Part shown: positions 58,103 to 64,000 of the stretch, piece by piece
How positions within the stretch are numbered: the stretch's first letter is position 1
Layout: each line of letters opens with the position of its first letter
NCBI GenBank assembly: GCA_029953675.1
Contig: JAMWBK010000003.1
Coordinates: 496,001 to 560,000 of the forward strand
Length of the DNA: 64,000 nucleotides
Direction: 5' to 3'
From: Rhodosorus marinus CCMP1338
Lineage: Eukaryota; Plantae; Rhodophyta
Notes under the pieces: generated by a model
Databases searched by the model: none
What the model was told of the DNA's origin: nothing
Seen by the model: the letters and a program-made list of their open reading frames with translations, nothing else
Position numbers and translations under genes: made by a program

Positions 58103-60244
58103 TTATACTGATGTTGCCTTCGCGGCTCCTATGTACGACGTAATAGTCCTCCGAAGAAGCTCCAGTGGGACTGCGCCGTTCTCTAGCACTTTGTCGTGGA
58201 AATCTTGCCAGGAAAACTTCGGTCCAAGCTCCCTCCTCGACTTTTTCAACAGGTTGATAATGAAAATCTCGCCAGTTTTGTAGGCCAGCGCCTGACCGGG
58301 CATAACCATATACCTGTCCACCTCTACAGCGGCTTCGTTCTCTGCCAGGCAAGCATATTCGCACAAGTAGTCTATCGCCTGCTCACGAGTCCACCTGCGT
58401 GAGAGAAAGAAAGTTAGAGTCTCGCGTCGGGCGGTTGCAAAAAGCGAAATCTTCAGACTGGCGTATCTTACTTTTTGCTGTGCAATCCAGTGTCCACTAC
58501 GAGCCTCGCTGCCCTCCAGATCTCAGTTAGCAGCCTCCCGTAATAGGTCAAAGGGTCCTCATAGAAGCGCAACTGCTCCCCGAGGTACTCAGTATACAGA
58601 CCCCATCCTTCTACATAGCCAATGGTGAAATCCTGAACCTGCTTCCTTAGGCGCGGAAGCTCCTTCAGCTCCTGTGCGATTGCTATCTGCATGTGGTGTC
58701 CAGGCAGTCCCTCATGCAGGGCAATGGCCTCCATCGAGTACTTCGGCCTCGTCTCGGGCTTGTAAGTATTCGCGTAGAATATTCCGGGTCGAGATCGGTC
58801 AGCTGGCGGCGGGTAGTAATGGGCTGCACGTTAAGAACGAAGCAAGTCAGTCGAATTCAGTAAGAGGTCAACATTTCGGTTTTCACAGCGGGGTTCTTTC
58901 TGACAAAAGTACCTGCGGGACTTGCTTCCTGGCGGAACTCCTCGACAGCCTTGACCTCGAGCTCCGCAGCCGGTAGCTCCCTAAAGATCTCAAGGACCCT
59001 GACCTTGGCGACGTCAAGAATTTCTTTGTAAGTCGAAATGATTTCTTCGCCGTCCTTTGGTTGATTCTCTGGAAGTGCAGCGATCTTCCTCGCAAATTCG
59101 TTCTGTGTCCCTCCAGTGTCACCAAGCAGTGCTCGAACCTCGTCCATCTTATTTGCGATCCGCTCAACTTCTTCAAGACCGAGATCGTGCAGGTCTTGTG
59201 CGGGCTTGTCAAGGGACGTAAAGAACAGAATGCACGCTCTGTACATATCCTCTCCCCCTTTTTGGCAGAACGAAAGCCGGGATGATACTCAGTAAGTCCA
59301 AAAGCACAAATTTCTTCTTGGGGTTCGAAGGTAGTCGAAGACCCATATTAAAGCAGAAAAAGCTTACCGGGAAACGCCCAAATACCCGCCTCCGTCCTAG
59401 CTGCTTCGAGGTACTCCGCAGAAAGGAAATCATGAAGCCTCTGAAACGCAGGTATGACAATCTCCTTAACAATCTTTAGGAGCTCAGCGGAACTGCCTTC
59501 AACGGATTCCACTTTATCCTTAGCCATCTTATACACGGGGGAATTTTTCTCGTCCTCAAAGAGCTGAGCTTTACACTGCTGTATCATGGCTTCCACGGAT
59601 GATTTTGGGAGCGTGGTTTTCGTACGCATTCCGTGCTTGAAACCTTCAATCATCTGGTCGACTTGATTTCCAAACGCTCTAACGATCATTTTGCCACCAA
59701 CGGTTGACACAGGTCTTGAGCAACGGGCGCTGCACTTACCGCTTTTGAGAACTATTGGAGCATTGGATGGTGCGTCTTACCGTAGACGAGAAAAATAGGT
59801 CTCACAATCTTTCGTATCCCTCCATGGGTGGAAGCTGACAGCCTGAACAATCAGAAGATGGGGTCCAAAGAGATGCTGTGTGGGAAGCTCGTACATGGGC
59901 ACTTTCTCGTACATCATGACCTCAAACTTCAGCATCTCTGAGAGGTACTCATGATGCACTCTGTGGACTGGTGGAAGCTTGTTGACGAGAATGCGCCGGA
60001 CCTTGTTCTTGAACCTCTTCAACTCCGCGAGATGTGCGTCAAAGTCCTCACGTTTATTCGAAGACAGAATCGCGTTAAATCTGTAGTCACCCATGATCGT
60101 CGCCTCGACGGGATTGAACGCACACTTCTCGTCCCATACAGCCCCGTACAAATCCCAGAGCTTCGCAACCTCCGGCCATATCGCGGCGTCCGTCGGGTAG
60201 TCTGGCTCTTTCGAAGCCTCGTACTTGCTCCTATCAAAGCTCAT
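58103..60244 (-). CDS. DUF885 family protein (putative metallopeptidase-like), 5 exons
   Basis: Motifs AHYYPPPADRSRPGIFYAN, ALHEGLPGHHMQ, YVEGWGLYTE, EIWRAARLVVDTGLH..KWTREQAIDY and EVDRY...PGQALAYKTG. Four GT-AG introns keep the frame. Confidence 0.93.
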
Positions 60245-61666
60245 CTTGACTGTCCAAAAACAGGCACTTCCCTACCATTCTCCCTAAGCCCTAGCCTCCA
60301 AACACCCACTTAACCCCCTCCCCCCCCCCTCTTCCTCCACCCCGTCCATTTATCGATGCATCCGGAATTATATCTCGTTTGCGCTAAACGAGTTTTATGT
60401 CATCATTTTTTCGGATAAATTTTGTTGGCCAAAAGTGTATTAGCTTAGCGTGGCCGATGAGACATCAGATAATGGCACAAAAATTCAAACCCTTTGTTTG
60501 CAAAATGAGACCTACAAGTCAGCAGTTTTTCGGATATTTTTGGGGGGCCAAGGGCATTGGCTTAACCCTGGCTGATGGTACACACTGATAATTGTTTTAA
60601 AAGGCAAAAACTGTCGTCAGGCAGAGCTTTTGGGTTTTACTGTGAAAACTGGCTTTGGGCGTAGAGATGGTTTAGAATGGCGGGAAGGGTGTCATTTGCA
60701 TGAGACTCGTTCCGCTCCCCCAGTTAGACAGAAAATTTTGCAGTTTCCGTTCAGTCTGGTTCAGTCTGGGTTTTTGCTTTTGTGCGGTTTTTTGAAACAG
60801 TCAGTCTCGTCCTCTTTGAGTGAAAAATGTTTGCATGCAAGAAGAGCCACGAAGCACACGTCGGTGGGCGAGCTATGCTAGAGAAGCTTGTGCTTGTCTA
60901 ACGTGAAAGCGTCGTTCGAGGTTGTCTATTTCTTCTGATGTTTTTTTTTTTTGCTTTTTTAGTCCGTTTAAGGACATAAAAACCGATTGCTTTATGAGTT
61001 CTTTTTTGGGTTTAGCTGCATAGTAGGGCAGAATGGTGTTTATGTTTGCAGACGGGTTGTCCAGATGTTTGTTGCGCCTGCAGCACTAGGACTTCAACTA
61101 CCGCTCCACGTGCTACACTCTTAAGCCTACAACACGCCAACACAAGAACAGAGAAGCAAGTCCGAACGGAGCATGTGATATAGCCAGGGCCTGCGTCAAT
61201 TGAGACCGCGGATGATCGCTCCGACCCCGGCTGTCACTCTAGATCATCAACCTAAGAAAGCTCACAAGCTGAGGTAGGTTATCAAAAGCACTGTCACAAA
61301 CAGCTTAACAGCATCTCGCTGGTGAGCCTGTTGAACATACCAAGTCCTCAACCCACAAGACCAGTCGTGGTCGCCTAGCTGAGGTTCGATCGCCGTGGTG
61401 AGCTTTTCTCCGGTCCGAGTTGAAAGGGGTTCAAAAGTTTGATCAAATGGAGATCGAGATTTAGAGGGGATGATTGATTCTCGCAAGAGAATGCAATGGA
61501 AGTTCAAGTTACACCGAGCTAGACAAGGTGGGTAGAGAAGAGGAGATCCGGCGTTTTCTGGAGGTAGGAGCGGGAGGTCAAGGATCGAACGGGGGGGTGG
61601 GTGGGGTGGATCTGGAGTAGGGAAAGGTTTTACAGGAGAGGGACGGGTTTGTTAGTTGTTTTGAGG

Positions 61667-62592
61667 ATGGAGGCGACAGGCGGGGCTACTTCAGCTGCTT
61701 CTGGGGCGGCCGCTGGTGCGGCTGCTGAAGCCGGTACAGCAGGGGCCGCGTCTTCAGCTCCACAGCTGAAGCTTCCTGAACTGAGTGTTAACTTGAAACA
61801 GTTTGAGAAGACGTTCCTATGCATCGGGCCGATCTGCCTAAGGAGCGGGATGGGCGTGGGAGCTGGTGTTGGGTGCGGTGTTGGAATTGGAAAAGGGTAT
61901 GGGGTGTACAAGTTTCAGCCAGGGGCTGAGGGCACCGTCATGGGAGTTAATCCTTACAACATGCTCGGAAGACTTCCAGGTGGGTATATGTTGCTAAACG
62001 TCCTAAGAACCGTGCAGCAGCAGTTCTCAGGAGCCAGTACAGGAGTCGGATGCGGGATTGGAATAGGCTATGGAGTCGGAATTGGCTTAACTTACGGAAG
62101 AGGTGGCGAAGGAATGGGTATGGGTGGAGGTATGGGTGGTATGATGGGTGGCATGGGTGGTATGGGTGGTATGGGTGGTATGGGTGGTGGTATGGGTGGA
62201 ATGGGTGGAGGTATGGGCGGCATGGGAGGTGGGATGGGTGGTATGGGCGGCATGGGAAGTGGTATGGGTGGCATGGGAGGAATGGGAGGCATGGGAAGTG
62301 GAATGGGTGGTGGAGCCGGTGGGATGATGCAAGGTCAAATGTCGCCTGGTAATGTATATCAGAGAACTATCTACTTTGTCTCTTGTTTGATGATGACTGT
62401 ACTGACACTCAACCCGATCCAACGCGTTTAGGTATGGCGGGTGCCGCTGGTGCAACTGGTGGAGTACGGCCTGACACGCAGAGGCTCGACAACATCGAAA
62501 GAAGACTGGATGAAATAGACAAAGCGCTGGGCATTCACACGAAACTACAACAGATAGAGGAGAAGCTGGACAAAATTGGAAAGAGAAGATAG
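61667..62592 (+). CDS. Glycine-rich protein: GxGxG motif blocks, (GGM)n tract and C-terminal coiled coil, 2 exons
   Basis: ATG at 61667. Motifs GMGVGAGVGCGVGIGKG and GVGCGIGIGYGVGIG. Intron 62349-62431 joins in frame to ...RLDNIERRLDEIDKALGIHTKLQQIEEKLDKIGKRR*. Confidence 0.82.
62110..62330 (+). repeat. Coding low-complexity GGT/ATG repeat encoding (GGM)n
   Basis: Repeated atgggtggt/atgggaggc units, seen directly. Confidence 0.9.
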
Positions 62593-62752
62593 TGCTCCGT
62601 CGTAGATCGCAGGGAAACTGGTAACCTCACATTTCGCGTTGCTTGCTTAAATAAACGCGCAGACTGACAGCGAGAAAATCCAACTGAAAAGACCCTCATA
62701 TCTGCTTCCTGGGCCGGGACAACACCCCATAAGTTTGCATCAAGAAGTCTTT

Positions 62753-63565
62753 CTACTCCGGTAAAACCTTTCTGAGAAAACCCTGCACCAGTTTCATCTC
62801 CTCCATATCTGCACTGTGGGGCATGTTGGGGAAGTCCTTAAATTCTACTTTTCTGCCCATGTCACTAAGGAGATCCGCGCTTAGTTTGCCCCAAGAGAAC
62901 GGAACAACCTGGTCCGCACCCCCCTGAATCGAACGGACGACATTTTGAACGAAGAAACGAATGAGAACGGATTCGCCGAGAAACGACCAACCACTCAGAT
63001 GTTTGCCGAGGGTTCTTACGTGACACATCAGAATAGGCGTTTCCTTGTTACTCTCGGAGAGTTCTTCAGGGTATGACTCCTTAAGCGGAAGCCAAGTACT
63101 AAGAGCAACTATTCCCGCAACCTTTTCCTCAAGTCGAGCCATGCTCGTAAGCGCAACCGCACCACCCTGACTGAACCCACCTACAACGATACTGCTGGGA
63201 TCGATTCCTGCCTCTTCCTCTTCCTGAATAATCTTACTTATCATTCCCACGCATTCGATGAAGCCCTCCTTGTCCTCAGGCGTGCCCTCCTCTAAACCCT
63301 TCACATCCGTCCACGACGGTACCGCCTCACCTCCGAACATGGTGACCCTACGGTACGGAGCGGACGGGAGTATAAACTTTATGTGACTGCTTGTCATGTA
63401 CGGGACAAGCGGCTGCCATCCCTCGCCAGAGTCACCAAGACCGTGCAAAAATATCGCCGTAGATCTGTGCTCCCCTCGCGCAGGTACGACCACCTTTTGT
63501 ACGGACGCCATTCTGCATAAACCACGTCTGCCCACAGCCGCCGTACTGACGAAGCCCAGCAACAT
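62753..63565 (-). CDS. Acyl-protein thioesterase / lysophospholipase (APT1/LYPLA-like) with transit-like N-terminus, 2 exons
   Basis: Motifs IFLHGLGDSG, IKFILPSAP, VVGGFSQGGAV (nucleophile), ALSTWLP, MCH/GGADQVVP and MPHS. Intron 62924-63019. Likely start at ATG 63565 (MLLGFVSTAAVGRRGLCRM). Confidence 0.93.
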   Translation of the reverse strand: MLLGFVSTAAVGRRGLCRMASVQKVVVPARGEHRSTAIFLHGLGDSGEGWQPLVPYMTSSHIKFILPSAPYRRVTMFGGEAVPSWTDVKGLEEGTPEDKEGFIECVGMISKIIQEEEEAGIDPSSIVVGGFSQGGAVALTSMARLEEKVAGIVALSTWLPLKESYPEELSESNKETPILMCHVRTLGKHLSGWSFLGESVLIRFFVQNVVRSIQGGADQVVPFSWGKLSADLLSDMGRKVEFKDFPNMPHSADMEEMKLVQGFLRKVLPE

Positions 63566-64000
63566 TACAAGCGTTTGCAAGATTTGCCGATCCTTCCAAG
63601 TGTCCTGTAGAACAGAATCAAAATGCACCGGCTTTCTTTATGATGGTCATGCACGATCGAGATCGGTACTCTCCAGCTCACCCACAGATCCCTTGCCTCT
63701 CGCCTTTCATACCCATCAAAAGCATAAGCTCTCCGAGAATATCGATCTGAGTATCGAGAATGGATCTCCTGAGCGAGCTGACTCATCCAGCTGCAGTTGG
63801 TAATCGCTAGAGGCATTTAAGATAAGATGTCATCAATTCGGGATCGAAAAGCTCTCTTTGGGGGAGATCCACAACGCTTCAGAAATCTGCACAAACGATT
63901 CCTCCACTGTACACTGTACAATAAGAATGTCATAGACAGAAAAGGCGGCAGAAAAGCGGACAAAAAGAGTTTGCCAGAGAAGCACCGACCGTGGGGCTCG

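Noticed and set aside
62087-62455. His/Thr-rich and Pro/Ile-rich minus-strand ORFs
   Set aside because: Antisense shadows of the (GGM)n coding repeat.

Overview
Eukaryotic nuclear DNA, gene-dense, with short GT-AG introns (about 70-130 nt) and CTRAC-type branch points. N-terminal transit-like peptides with early AF/GF motifs and no signal peptide point to an alga with a primary plastid, most plausibly a red alga (inference). About 18 intron-containing or single-exon genes can be reconstructed by hand: MED15-like, Derlin, OGG1, a plastid-targeted coiled-coil protein, CPSF160, a hypothetical protein, a ZupT/ZIP transporter, a CUE-domain protein, a bZIP factor, a PH-domain kinase, a 4-TM protein, an RCC1-repeat protein, site-1 protease, an AIF-like oxidoreductase, an RluA pseudouridine synthase, diaminopimelate decarboxylase, a DUF885 protein, a Gly-rich protein and an acyl-protein thioesterase. 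The CUE gene is invisible in the ORF track because of its short exons and a GC-AG intron. I saw no tRNA, rRNA, transposase or CRISPR. The most unusual signals are non-coding. A gene-poor zone at 21.7-34.6 kb contains a 25 x 12-bp array whose unit matches an initiator-like motif that also recurs singly at putative transcription starts. There are also several other tandem or degenerate arrays, one of which preserves a reading frame, a duplicated 3'-UTR element with a conserved stem, a hairpin-dense segment upstream of OGG1, and several spliced-looking loci without recognisable proteins. All gene models are manual and lack transcript support.
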